From a bacterium (GTDB lineage Bacteria > Hinthialibacterota > Hinthialibacteria > Hinthialibacterales > Hinthialibacteraceae), in the NCBI GenBank assembly GCA_963663405.2, contig CAXXSM010000144.1, positions 22,082 through 86,081 of the forward strand: 64,000 bases of DNA, written 5' to 3'. The notes below the pieces were generated by a model. It saw nothing but the letters and a program-made list of their open reading frames with translations, was not told the origin of the DNA and searched no databases. Shown here in pieces: positions 20,737 to 31,157 of this stretch. Within the stretch, counting starts at the first letter, position 1. Every line of letters starts with the position of its first letter. A program made the translations under genes and the position numbers.

Positions 20737-23088
20737 ATGCACATTTCCTTATGGAAAAGTATGAAAGCGACAAGGATACTATTGGTAGCCGGAATTTCTT
20801 TACTGTATGTCGTCCAAACGGACGCCGTTATCGATCCAGTAAAAAAATTGGATTGCCGGCTTCGGGCGCTGATTGGACGGGCTGACACAACGACGGCGAA
20901 ACCGAGCGCCATGAAAGATGAAAAAACCGGTGAGATTATTGTTCAAGTTCGGCTGCATACAGCGGATGACTCTGTTCTAACAGAATTGGAGGCGGTTGGA
21001 TTAACCGTTTTGGCGCATTTCCGAGGCTTGGTCACAGGGCGGATTGATGAGGATAATCTGCTGAATCTTGCCGGTTTAAAGATCGTTTCGACCGTCTATC
21101 CACTGCGGAAGCCATTAACGCGCGCTGTTCATGGTCAGGGTGTCACTTCAACACGGGTGGATCAGGTCAGGGAAGTCTATCCTGGTTTTACCGGAGCCGG
21201 AGTGAAAGTGGGGATCATCTCTGACTCGTTTGGATTAGTCTCTGAAGCGACACCGACTATTGTTGATATCGATGGAGATGGGATCGAAGAGATTCTAGGA
21301 ACCGATTCTCAATTGGCGGGTGAACTACCCGCTGTAGTGGAATTGATTCAGGATGGCACACCCGAAGTCGATGATTTTGGTGAGCCGATTCCATTTGAGT
21401 ATTCGTATATCGATGAAGGAAGAGCGATGGCGGAGATTGTTCACGAAATGGCGCCGGACGCCGAACTCGCTTTTCACTCCGCATGGTTGGGAACCGCTGG
21501 TTGGGCTGAAGGGATCATTAAACTGGCGGAAGCGGGATGTAAAGTCATTGTGGATGACATTATATACTTAACGATGCCGGCCTATCAGGATGGAGAAGTC
21601 TCTCAAGCCATCGAAGAAGTGTCGGAAAAATACGATGTTGTTTATTTATCCGCCGCGGGAAATTCCTACGCCAAGGTCGTTGAATCGGCTTATCATGATT
21701 CCGATCCTTATGAAAACGAGGGCCCCTGGTCAAAAATCCCCGAAGGTCATGATTTTCACAATTGGGATCCGGAACAGTGGGATCCCTATCTCGATGTTCA
21801 CATTCCGCCAAATGGGTATGTCGCGCTTTCTCTGTTTTGGGAAAATCCATATGGCGGAACACTCGGACCCGGAGCGTCAACGGATTATGATTTATATCTC
21901 TTTGACAAGGATGAATACTTTCTTTGGGGTTCCGATAACGCACAGGGAACGGAAGAATCCCCAATGGGTGACGCCTATGAGTTTACAGTCATTTCTAATG
22001 ACAGCGATACCGAAATTCTACATATCAAAGTAGCGGTGAACAAACACCACGGACCGGGGGTGGTTTTCAAACTGTTTTTCTGGGGATCAGAAGTCTATAT
22101 ACAATCGTCGGTTCGCAGCCGTGATGGAGCCATGATCATCGGTCATAACAAAGCGGATTCCACCGTCAATGTTGCGGCAGTCAATTTTACAGAAACCGAT
22201 TCGTATGGATACGATCAGAACAATCCCCGGCGGATTGATCCATCCTACTATACATCCAAAGGTGGGTATGTGATCCGGTATTTCTCCCCCATTGGTGAAC
22301 CTTTGGAAACACCCAAAGTCCGATTCGTTCCCGATATCGCCTGTGTTGATGGCGCGAATACATCTTTCTTTGGGGAGTACTCAGACCTGGACGGCGATGA
22401 ATGGCCCAATTTCTTTGGCACATCAGCGGCGGCCCCGCACGCGGCGGCGATTGTGGCGCTGATGCGTCAGGCCAATCCTTCGTTAAGTTCACAGGAAATC
22501 CGAAATCTTCTCAGAGAAGCGGCCACGGACATTTTCGAACCTGGGGTGGATCAATATACCGGTTGGGGATTTCTCTACGCGGATGAAGCGCTCAACGCCG
22601 TTCCCGGAGCGATTGTTCCCAATACGCCAACGCCGGTTCCTACCAACGCCCCAACCGCAACCCCGACTATGACCCCCGTTCCTACAGCGACGCCTCTTGT
22701 GAGTAATATCATACTGGCTGCCAATCAGGTCATCGTCACCGACAATCGATGGACATTCGCCGACTTGAGTAATGGCGTTGATTATGATGATCCGGAGAAT
22801 TCCGATCTCACAATTCGTTGGAACATCCCGTTTGATGATATCGTGGATTTTCATATTTACGTGAAAGTGGACGATGAACCAGTACGATACTTAAGCCGCA
22901 CAGGGAATGGAGAATCGAGTCAATTCACATGGAACGCCAAGCAGACTCGCTTGAATCCCTATTACCAGGATGGGCCGCAATTTGGGCATTCTTACGTTTT
23001 TCATGTTTATGCGATAACAGGAAGCGGTGAACCGCATCATTACGGACCGTTCTCCACTTTCGGTCCCGTTATACTAAAAAAATTGTAA
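20737..23088 (+). CDS. Subtilase-superfamily (S8/S53-like, DEGRAM type) secreted protease with PT linker and C-terminal beta domain
   Basis: GVKVGIISDS, DEGRAMAEIVHEMAP, SAAGN, FFGTSAAAPHAA. Confidence 0.85.
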   Translation: MHISLWKSMKATRILLVAGISLLYVVQTDAVIDPVKKLDCRLRALIGRADTTTAKPSAMKDEKTGEIIVQVRLHTADDSVLTELEAVGLTVLAHFRGLVTGRIDEDNLLNLAGLKIVSTVYPLRKPLTRAVHGQGVTSTRVDQVREVYPGFTGAGVKVGIISDSFGLVSEATPTIVDIDGDGIEEILGTDSQLAGELPAVVELIQDGTPEVDDFGEPIPFEYSYIDEGRAMAEIVHEMAPDAELAFHSAWLGTAGWAEGIIKLAEAGCKVIVDDIIYLTMPAYQDGEVSQAIEEVSEKYDVVYLSAAGNSYAKVVESAYHDSDPYENEGPWSKIPEGHDFHNWDPEQWDPYLDVHIPPNGYVALSLFWENPYGGTLGPGASTDYDLYLFDKDEYFLWGSDNAQGTEESPMGDAYEFTVISNDSDTEILHIKVAVNKHHGPGVVFKLFFWGSEVYIQSSVRSRDGAMIIGHNKADSTVNVAAVNFTETDSYGYDQNNPRRIDPSYYTSKGGYVIRYFSPIGEPLETPKVRFVPDIACVDGANTSFFGEYSDLDGDEWPNFFGTSAAAPHAAAIVALMRQANPSLSSQEIRNLLREAATDIFEPGVDQYTGWGFLYADEALNAVPGAIVPNTPTPVPTNAPTATPTMTPVPTATPLVSNIILAANQVIVTDNRWTFADLSNGVDYDDPENSDLTIRWNIPFDDIVDFHIYVKVDDEPVRYLSRTGNGESSQFTWNAKQTRLNPYYQDGPQFGHSYVFHVYAITGSGEPHHYGPFSTFGPVILKKL

Positions 23089-23237
23089 ATCATTATCCAT
23101 TACAATAGTCCATTCTTTTCAAGCGTATCCAAATTTATTTACAAATGGTTTCTTCCTCTCAAATAGATACGCTTTTCCTTTATATTTTTCCTTAAACTTA
23201 TCTCCACTACTTTCGATAATAGATTTATATATATCTA

Positions 23238-23330
23238 TTTCATATCAAGATTAGTTACATAAACTATCTCATTCTCGATTACAATCACGGCTCATTTTCT
23301 TTTGCAGTAGTGATCTCAATCATGATAGTT
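23238..23330 (-). repeat. Degenerate copy of repeat family A
   Basis: Reverse complement reads AACTATCATGATTGAGATCACTACTGCAAAAGAAAATGAG...GAGATAGTT. Confidence 0.65.
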
Positions 23331-23492
23331 CATTTGTATTTCTAATTCCAATCTATACACAAAAAAAAATCTCTACATATTTTCTTATCATTTGAATTTT
23401 CTTTCAAGTAACATTACGTTACATGATTTTGGTGATATCCAGTAAATTAATCCATTTTATTAATGAAATATCAAAATTTTTTACAAAACCAC

Positions 23493-23521
23493 TTGACAGA
23501 ATTAAGGAAACAGAATATATT
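23493..23521 (+). promoter_or_regulatory. Putative sigma70 promoter upstream of the TadG-like gene
   Basis: TTGACA-N17-TATATT. Confidence 0.55.
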
Positions 23522-23672
23522 TGCATAATGCAACACGTGAAGCTTTATTAACCTTTTTCGGTAAAGATATGGAATGTACTTTACTAGTTTAAGTAATATC
23601 GTTTTTATGTTAATGAAATAATACAAATTTTGATCATTTATAAATATTTCTTTATATATTTATTTAGAGGAG

Positions 23673-25013
23673 TTGGACATGAGAGTATTAAGACAATTAC
23701 TGAGCGCAAAGAAGGAAATCAATGAAAGGGAAGGAGAAAGATGTAACGTTTTGAAGCATGAAAGGGGATCGATTCTTATTTTAGCCTCAGTGAGTATGAC
23801 GCTTCTAATCCTGTCCGCCGCTCTTTGTATTGATATCGGTTGGATCATTCTCGCCAAAACGCAGCTCCAAAACGCAGCGGACGCCGCTTCTTTGGCAGCA
23901 GCCGCTCAATTGCTCGATGAAGATTGTTTGTATGGTGAACCTTCGCAGGAAGATGATATCGTTATCGCGCGGGATAGCGCCGAATTATTTGCCTTACAAA
24001 ATAAAGCCGCCAAACGATCACTTACGCTTCATCGCAACGATGAGAACGATCCCGATGGAGGAATCGTTGTCGGTTATATAGAAGATCCAAACGATCCAAC
24101 AAGCCCTTTTCTAACGGAAGGTGTTTCTTATTACAATTCCGTCCAGGTCGAGACTTGCCTAACCCATGAATTCAATGGTCCTTTGGGGCTTTTCTTTGGA
24201 GCGTATGCTGGGAGTGATACTCTTCAAGTTACAAAAAAGGCGACGGCGACTCTCGATGATCGGATCTCTGGTTTTGATGTGGATGAAGGGGAAACCCTCC
24301 CCATGCTGCCATTTACCATTTGGAAAGACACGTGGTATACCCAGAGCGACTCTCCTCCACCGGATGGGATGGACAGCTGGGATAACTACACTGTCGGTGA
24401 AGATGGTCAGGTAACATCCGGTCCGGACGGCATTCCAGAACTCTATGTTTCAATCTGGGCGCCGGATCTGGGGATCCCCTGTCAAACAGGCAATGTCAGA
24501 ACTTGTTTCATATCCGCTGTTATTGGAACCACTTATGTAAGAAACCAGATTTATAATGGTATGTGTGAACTCGATCTTGACGCCATCGGTGGACTTGAAC
24601 TTCAAGATGATGGGGAAGGTGGATACAGCAAGTGGCTCCCAGGTGAACATTGGATGTCCAGTTCATGGCATTACGCTCTTCTTAATATAATTGGAGAAAC
24701 GCGGCTCATTTCGTTATTTGAGACACTCAGTGTCGGCAGTACGCCACCCGTCGCCTATGTGGATCCTTTTGACTCAATGTTTGGCGCGTTAATGGGACAG
24801 GATTTCTACCAACCTGAAACGTGCTGTGGGATTTATGAATACTATGAAGTAACCGAATTCAAATCTGTGACCGTTGTTGATTCTGAATGGACAGGAGACT
24901 CAGAAGAACAGTATTTTGTTTTTCAACCGACTCAAGTGACGACGAGTAATGGTAAAATCAATCCAGATATGCCCCATTCCGAAATGGTCTATAGTCTTTC
25001 CCTGACAAGATAA
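23673..25013 (+). CDS. Tad/TadG-like pilus assembly (pseudopilin) protein
   Basis: ERGSILIL...IDIGWIILAKTQLQNAADAASLAAA. Confidence 0.8.
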   Translation: MDMRVLRQLLSAKKEINEREGERCNVLKHERGSILILASVSMTLLILSAALCIDIGWIILAKTQLQNAADAASLAAAAQLLDEDCLYGEPSQEDDIVIARDSAELFALQNKAAKRSLTLHRNDENDPDGGIVVGYIEDPNDPTSPFLTEGVSYYNSVQVETCLTHEFNGPLGLFFGAYAGSDTLQVTKKATATLDDRISGFDVDEGETLPMLPFTIWKDTWYTQSDSPPPDGMDSWDNYTVGEDGQVTSGPDGIPELYVSIWAPDLGIPCQTGNVRTCFISAVIGTTYVRNQIYNGMCELDLDAIGGLELQDDGEGGYSKWLPGEHWMSSSWHYALLNIIGETRLISLFETLSVGSTPPVAYVDPFDSMFGALMGQDFYQPETCCGIYEYYEVTEFKSVTVVDSEWTGDSEEQYFVFQPTQVTTSNGKINPDMPHSEMVYSLSLTR

Positions 25014-25182
25014 TCTTCTTAGAATTAAGCATTGGACGAAGCGGCTCCGCCGCAGAGTGTCGTACGCCGAATTTTCTAGTTGAACAATCCCCTTGCGAAA
25101 TCTCCTGAGTTGTCATGTATTTCTTCTGAGAAGGCAGTGGCTGTAAGACTGCCAACCACTACTTATTTACAGGAGAAAGATC

Positions 25183-26030
25183 ATGAAATCATTACGGAAA
25201 CGCATGATCGAAGACATGACGTTAGCAGGACTGAGCGAAGGCACGCAAAAAGCATACGTCCGAGCCGTCGCCTCATTCGCTCTAGAATTTGATTGCTCGC
25301 CAGAATGCATTAGCGAGGAACTCGTCCGGGTCTATTTACTGAATTTGCGAGACGTGAAGAAAGTCGCTCTCGGAACGTTTCAGGTCCACTACAGCGCGCT
25401 GAAATTTCTTTATCAAACCACGCTGGATCTGGGGTGGCCGTTGTTTGCAAAAAAAAGATTCGTAAGCCTCGCCAAAAGCGCCTGCCGCATTCATTAACCC
25501 ATTCCCAAGTTCGCGCCCTCCTGGCCGCCGTCAGGAAAACGCCCTACCGGTTGGCTCTAACGTTGATGTATGCGTGCGGCCTTCGGACCAGTGAAGTCAT
25601 CTCTCTTCCGGTGCGGCAGATCGATTCCAACCAAATGAGTTTACGGATTATTGGGAAGGGCGATAAAGAGCGAATCGTTCCTCTCCCGGACACCTTGTTG
25701 GAGCCGATGCGTGAACTCTGGTTGATGCATCGCCATCCCACCTGGCTATTCCCCAACCAACAAGGCTCCAACCACATTCCCTCATCGACACTCGGCAAAG
25801 CGTTTCGCTTGGCCTGTAACGCTACCGGGCTGACAGACGATGTGAAGCCGCATTCGATGCGTCATTCGTTTGCCAGCAGATTGCTGGAGAACGGCGAAAG
25901 CCTGCGCGTTGTCCAGATTCTTCTCGGCCATTCCAGTATTCGTTCGACACAGATCTACACTCATTTGACTGAGCCGCTTCGCCACGAGGCTCAGGATCGG
26001 ATCAACGCCGTGTTCGCCGATCTGATGTGA
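25183..26030 (+). CDS. Tyrosine recombinase (SAM-like N-terminal + catalytic domain), -1 frameshift at an A8 tract near 25449
   Basis: LRKRMIEDM...TQKAY N-terminal domain; YACGLR, GKG, HSMRHSFA, LLGHSSIRSTQIY. Confidence 0.9.
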
Positions 26031-26039
26031 GGAGGAATC

Positions 26040-27206
26040 ATGAATTGCACTTCATCGAACCTCGAACTCGGCGATGTGGTTCGCCGGTTTGGCCCGGCCT
26101 ATATCCGGCAGCAAGGGAAGCGCCTTTTGCCCTCCCAGCGTAAAGCGCTGCACGATATCATGGCCTGTCATACGGCGGAACTGGGAGGGCATCGTTATCA
26201 CTGTCAGGACTGCGGCGAAGACTTCTGGGTGTATCACGGGTGTGGCAATCGATCCTGTCCGTCCTGTCATTCCCAGGCGATGCGGCAATGGATCGAGAAG
26301 CGGGAAGACCAGATGCTTGGCTGCCGTTACTTTCATGTAATCGTAACAGTTCCGCAGTCTATCCGGGCGGCTTTCTTGGCTCATCAAAAGATTCTCTATG
26401 GGTTGCTGATGACGACGGCTGCTTCCTGTATCATGGATCTGATGCGCAATCCCCAAGTCGTTGGCGGGACCCCGGCGATCCTGGCCGTGCTGCACACTTG
26501 GCGGGGAGATCTGGAATTGCATCCACATGTCCATCTGTTGGTCAGCGCCGGCGCCGTGAGTGAGGACGGCCACTCTTGGATGGAACTCCGCCACCCGAAA
26601 TGGCTTCTCCATGTGGGAACGCTCAGCTTACTCGTTCGCCGGCGCTTTAAAGAACGGCTCGAAAAAGCGGCGCCGGAGATCTTCCAAGGCATCGAGACCA
26701 AGGTCTGGAATAGAGGCTGGAACTCGTTCTGCAAACCGTATGGCAAAGGCGTGAAAGCCATCTTGAATTACCTGGGGCGCTATGTCTATCGCATCGCGAT
26801 CTCCAACCACCGGCTTCTGGCAATGGACGCTACCCACGTGACGTTCCGCTACAAGACCTTCAAAGAGAAGCATTGGCGAACTCTCCGCTTGCCGGGCGAA
26901 GAATTTCTGCGGCGCTTCGTGATGCATGTGCTCCCCCGCGGCTTCCATAAAGTCCGCTACTATGGGCTGTGGCATCACTGTCATCGGGACACACGCAATC
27001 GAATCCGTTTGCTCCTCGCCCCCAAGGCGGAGAGCGTTTCTATTCCCGAATCGGTTGAGAATTCCATCGTTTCAAAAGAGACCAACGACAAAGCAGTATT
27101 CGATCGGACCGGCCAAGAATCGGCGCCGGAATGGCCTAAATGTCCGCGTTGCAAAAGCTGTAACGTGATTGTCATTGAAACCCTCAATCGGAATCGAAGC
27201 CCCTGA
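26040..27206 (+). CDS. IS91-family rolling-circle transposase (Zn-binding + Y2_Tnp)
   Basis: CGNRSCPSC, YFHVIVTVP, LHTW..HPHVH (HUH), YLGRY (Y2), FHKVRYYG. Confidence 0.92.
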   Translation: MNCTSSNLELGDVVRRFGPAYIRQQGKRLLPSQRKALHDIMACHTAELGGHRYHCQDCGEDFWVYHGCGNRSCPSCHSQAMRQWIEKREDQMLGCRYFHVIVTVPQSIRAAFLAHQKILYGLLMTTAASCIMDLMRNPQVVGGTPAILAVLHTWRGDLELHPHVHLLVSAGAVSEDGHSWMELRHPKWLLHVGTLSLLVRRRFKERLEKAAPEIFQGIETKVWNRGWNSFCKPYGKGVKAILNYLGRYVYRIAISNHRLLAMDATHVTFRYKTFKEKHWRTLRLPGEEFLRRFVMHVLPRGFHKVRYYGLWHHCHRDTRNRIRLLLAPKAESVSIPESVENSIVSKETNDKAVFDRTGQESAPEWPKCPRCKSCNVIVIETLNRNRSP

Positions 27207-27864
27207 TCGATTCCGATTGTAAGCATCGCGATGGTAATATAAAGAAATTATAACTTTACGCGGGAAGATTTTTTACTTTTCTTGCCGTGAGGGGATTTCT
27301 ATAGCTTCAAGAGGATTTTCTCTTTCTAAACTATCAACTTCTCTTCCTCAATTAAGCCGTTTCGCGAATAAATGGCGTGTTATTGGTTCTCACATTCCCC
27401 CCGCACTTCGTCCAATAGAGTTTGTATCTCGGCTTCGCTCGATAAAAACTCCTATCTATTTTATACTGCTTAAACGAAATCCCTCTAAATGTTTTAAAAG
27501 AACTACGCTGATTCCTCCATTTTGTATTTCACGATATGACGTATCGTAAAACTACGCTCGTTCAAAATACTTTTAACCTTCAATTTTCGTTGGTGTTATC
27601 TCTTCTTTGATCAATCTCGATTTTTTTCTGATTTTCATTTTTGATTATAAAAATAGAAAATTCGAAGAGATTGTGTCATAAAAATGTTAAAATTATTATA
27701 CAATTCGAAATATTCATTTGTATTTAGATATAAATTGTGATAGTATTAATTCGGATAGGTCCCACAAGAATCGAATGGAGATATTCATTTACACGTTTTG
27801 ATTTCAATCAAATGGTTTTGACGTGAAACCGTGGACAGAGATGATTTAAAAAATATTTGAGGAT

Positions 27865-29451
27865 TTGAAAATTATGAGTATAACAATGTTTGAAGACAAT
27901 AGAGGAAAAGCGGTAAAGGAAAATGAAAGTGGCGCCATAAGTTCAAGTTTCTCAAATGATAACGGGTCAGAAAATTTAAAAATGGAAGATCCGCTCCTGT
28001 TGCGTTTATTACCGTATTCTAAGATAATGCGCTGCCGGAAAGACGAGGATGTCATCGTTAAAGGATCGGAATCCCTTTCGCTGTACTATGTTGTAGAGGG
28101 GATTATCGAAGTTTTTACTACAGTTCGGAAAACCAAGATCGTCGTGGCGATGATCGGCGCGGGTAATTTTTTTGGTGAAATTGGATTTTTTGATGGAATC
28201 TCCCGTGTGCGTGATATTCGAGTCGCCCAAGACGCTGAAATCAGGATATTTAACCGTGAGGCGCTTGGTTTGTTGAAGGTTGAGGATCCCGTAGCCTATG
28301 GAGATCTCATGACCTTCATGACCCAATCCGTCTGCAAAAAATTCCGCAGAGTTTTGGAGGAACGGGAATCACTTTCAGGTTATGCCGCTTCGCTCGTCGC
28401 CGGAGGACGAAGGTATGAAGAGACAAAGCCTTTACCAGAGCGTTTTTTTGAAACCCCTACATGGCAAACCGTAAATAAGGCCATTGACGAATTTAAAGCG
28501 CGAATCTTCAATGTTTCATACCGTTTGCAGAAGAACACAAGCGAAGATATTCCGGACACATTCAAAGAGGAGTGTTTTACTGTTCTTGATAGTCTTTATG
28601 ATTACGTTCTTGAATTTCGTAACAAAGACTGTTCTCCAGAAGATGAAGATTTAGCCTGGGGATATATCTTTAAAGAGATCTATCCTTATTTTATGCGAAG
28701 CCGGTTTGCGGAACGTATTTATTTCAAACCCAAAGGCTACGCGGGCGATTATCTGATGATGGAAATGATTTATCGGAATCAACCGGAAGGAGATGGTAAG
28801 CTGGGGGCTCTTGTCGATGAATGGTGTTTAAACTCGGTCGGCGCCAGGGCGATTCGTGGCCGGCGGCAGCTGCTCGGTGAACGATTGTTATCGTTAAGCC
28901 GATCCCGGCTCAACCGTCAAGAACCAATTAATATCATGAACCTTGCCTGCGGATCCAACCGGGAGTTGTTTGATTTTGTCTACGCGTGTGATTTTAGTGA
29001 ACGGCTCGAAGCGCTATGCGTGGATATCGATTCCGACGCTTTGGAGTATACGGATCAAAAAGTAAATCAATTCCCGCACCAGGCCACGATTCGACTCATG
29101 CGGGAAAATCTTGTTAAATGGGCATTAGGCCGAGTTCGGCATGATATTGGAAAACAGGATATAATCTATTCCTCCGGTTTGACGGACTATTTGGACAAGA
29201 AACTCTTTGTGTCTCTTGTGTCGAAATGTCACGAGCACCTAAAACCGGGAGGCGTATTATGCGTTGGGAATTTCGCTCCCAATCCGGATCAGACTTTCAT
29301 GGATCATATTTTGCAATGGCGGTTGATTTACCGGGATGAGGCGGAATTAAGAAAGTTATTCGCCAACACTCCGTTTGGCGGGAATATTACGGTGATCGCG
29401 GAAAAGCAGGGAGTCAACCTGTTTGCCATCGCGACAAAACAGAAAACATGA
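27865..29451 (+). CDS. cNMP-binding domain fused to a PhcB-like class I SAM methyltransferase
   Basis: LYYVVEG...GNFFGEIG...RVRDI cNMP fold; KPKGYAGDYLMMEMIY, NLACGS, DIDSDAL, YSSGLTDYL, LKPGG..GNF. Confidence 0.75.
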   Translation: MKIMSITMFEDNRGKAVKENESGAISSSFSNDNGSENLKMEDPLLLRLLPYSKIMRCRKDEDVIVKGSESLSLYYVVEGIIEVFTTVRKTKIVVAMIGAGNFFGEIGFFDGISRVRDIRVAQDAEIRIFNREALGLLKVEDPVAYGDLMTFMTQSVCKKFRRVLEERESLSGYAASLVAGGRRYEETKPLPERFFETPTWQTVNKAIDEFKARIFNVSYRLQKNTSEDIPDTFKEECFTVLDSLYDYVLEFRNKDCSPEDEDLAWGYIFKEIYPYFMRSRFAERIYFKPKGYAGDYLMMEMIYRNQPEGDGKLGALVDEWCLNSVGARAIRGRRQLLGERLLSLSRSRLNRQEPINIMNLACGSNRELFDFVYACDFSERLEALCVDIDSDALEYTDQKVNQFPHQATIRLMRENLVKWALGRVRHDIGKQDIIYSSGLTDYLDKKLFVSLVSKCHEHLKPGGVLCVGNFAPNPDQTFMDHILQWRLIYRDEAELRKLFANTPFGGNITVIAEKQGVNLFAIATKQKT

Positions 29452-31157
29452 AATTGTACTCTTATACATCCGCCATTGAGGAAGAACACCAACTACGTTT
29501 TTTGAAAGAAACTCGTGAATTATTGCACCGGCGGGTGATTGCCGCTCTCTGGATCGGTATTATCCTAATCCCGTTGTTTTCCGTCCTGGATTATATGATT
29601 GTCCGTCAATATTTCAGTTCGTTTTTAATTGCGCGGCTGATTTGTTCGTTATTATTCATTGCGCTTTTGGTATTGCATTATCAACAATTCGGCCGTGAGC
29701 ATCCTTTTGTCATCGCCATTCTCGCCTACGTTCTCGCCGGGATCACCATATCATTCATGGTGATCAAAATGGGGGGGTACGATTCGTTTTATTATGTCGG
29801 AATCATTCTCGTTCTCGTTACCTGTTCGACGATCTTACCTCTGGATGCGATGCAATCCACCTTCGCGGGTCTGTTGCTCTATCTCATCTATGCGGTTCCA
29901 ATCTTCTTGTTCTGTGAACGAACGAATGACTCGATGATGGTCTTTTTCAATAACAGTTTCTTTTTCGCTTCGTTTATCGTCATCAGTATCATACAGTGTT
30001 TGGAAGATACAAATGCGCGGGTCGGAAAATTCAATATGGAAATGGAACTCGATTCCCATGCGAAAAAACTGGCCTATTACGCGGAACACTTAGAGACTGA
30101 GGTAGACAAACGCGCCAAAGAACTGGAGGATTCCGAACTGCGTTACCGGAATCTATATGAAAATATCATCGATATGGTCATTCTAGTCGACCGTCACGGG
30201 CAACTCCTGCTGGCCAATCCTTTGTTTTATTCGAATCTTTGCATCTCCAATATCACAGATCGTAATGTATCAATTAAAGATTGGGTGCATGAAGACGATG
30301 TTCTGCTGGTACGGAATCATATCTTCTCCCGCCTGGAGGATGGAGGCATTGTCAAGAACCTGAATTTCAGAATCGTCAGCCGGGATGGGAGAGTTTTTGA
30401 TGTGGAGTGTAACGCTAAAGGAATTTTGAAGAATAAAAAACTCGCCGGTCTGCAGATGGTGATCCGGGATATCACCGAGCGAAAACGGTTGGAGAAAGAA
30501 CTACTCGACTCTATGCGTGATGTGCAAAACGCCCGAACCTGTACGATCCTGGGACTCGCCAAACTCGCGGAATGCCGGGATATGGATACCGGTGTTCATT
30601 TAGAGCGAATCGGTGAGTATACAAAAATAATAATCAAGGAAATTTCCACTCTTCCCGCGTATCAGGAATATATATCACAACAATATATAGATGATATTTA
30701 CCTTTCCTCGATCCTCCATGATATTGGTAAAGTTGGAATACCCGACGCAATTCTTTCCAAACCAGGTAAATTGACACCTGAGGAATTTGATGTCATGAAA
30801 CGCCACACCACATTTGGGGGGGACGCCCTTCGAGCGGTAGAAACGCATGTCAAAGGACAATCCTTTCTAGCTCTGGGGAAAGCCATTTCCTATTACCACC
30901 ATGAAAAGTGGAACGGCGATGGATATCCGGAAGGATTGAAGGGAGAGGATATCCCCCTATCAGCCAGGATTGTCGCTCTGGTTGACGTGTATGACGCCCT
31001 CACCTCTAGACGGAGTTATAAGGAAGCCTATTCTCATGAAAAGTCAAAAGAAATCATTGTCAATGAACGGGGCAAGCACTTCGCCCCGGATATCGTAGAC
31101 GCCTTCATCGCCACAGAGGAACAATTCAACGCCATACGTCAGCAACTACAGCAATAA
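29448..31157 (+). CDS. Multi-TM sensor + PAS + HD-GYP c-di-GMP phosphodiesterase
   Basis: About 6 N-terminal TM helices; PAS ending IRDITERK; LHDIGK, HHEKWNGDGYP, DVYDAL; ATGA overlap with the upstream gene. Confidence 0.9.
   Translation: MKLYSYTSAIEEEHQLRFLKETRELLHRRVIAALWIGIILIPLFSVLDYMIVRQYFSSFLIARLICSLLFIALLVLHYQQFGREHPFVIAILAYVLAGITISFMVIKMGGYDSFYYVGIILVLVTCSTILPLDAMQSTFAGLLLYLIYAVPIFLFCERTNDSMMVFFNNSFFFASFIVISIIQCLEDTNARVGKFNMEMELDSHAKKLAYYAEHLETEVDKRAKELEDSELRYRNLYENIIDMVILVDRHGQLLLANPLFYSNLCISNITDRNVSIKDWVHEDDVLLVRNHIFSRLEDGGIVKNLNFRIVSRDGRVFDVECNAKGILKNKKLAGLQMVIRDITERKRLEKELLDSMRDVQNARTCTILGLAKLAECRDMDTGVHLERIGEYTKIIIKEISTLPAYQEYISQQYIDDIYLSSILHDIGKVGIPDAILSKPGKLTPEEFDVMKRHTTFGGDALRAVETHVKGQSFLALGKAISYYHHEKWNGDGYPEGLKGEDIPLSARIVALVDVYDALTSRRSYKEAYSHEKSKEIIVNERGKHFAPDIVDAFIATEEQFNAIRQQLQQ

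Larger units (their letters stand above)
25031..27416 (+). mobile_element. Tyrosine recombinase + IS91-family (Y2) transposase element
   Basis: Two mobility genes in tandem, bracketed by the 11-bp inverted repeat ATTGGACGAAG (25031) / CTTCGTCCAAT (27406-27416); ends are inferred. Confidence 0.7.

Noticed and set aside
25183-26030. Integron integrase or XerC/D
   Set aside because: No IntI-specific insertion is evident, and it is directly coupled to an IS91-type transposase
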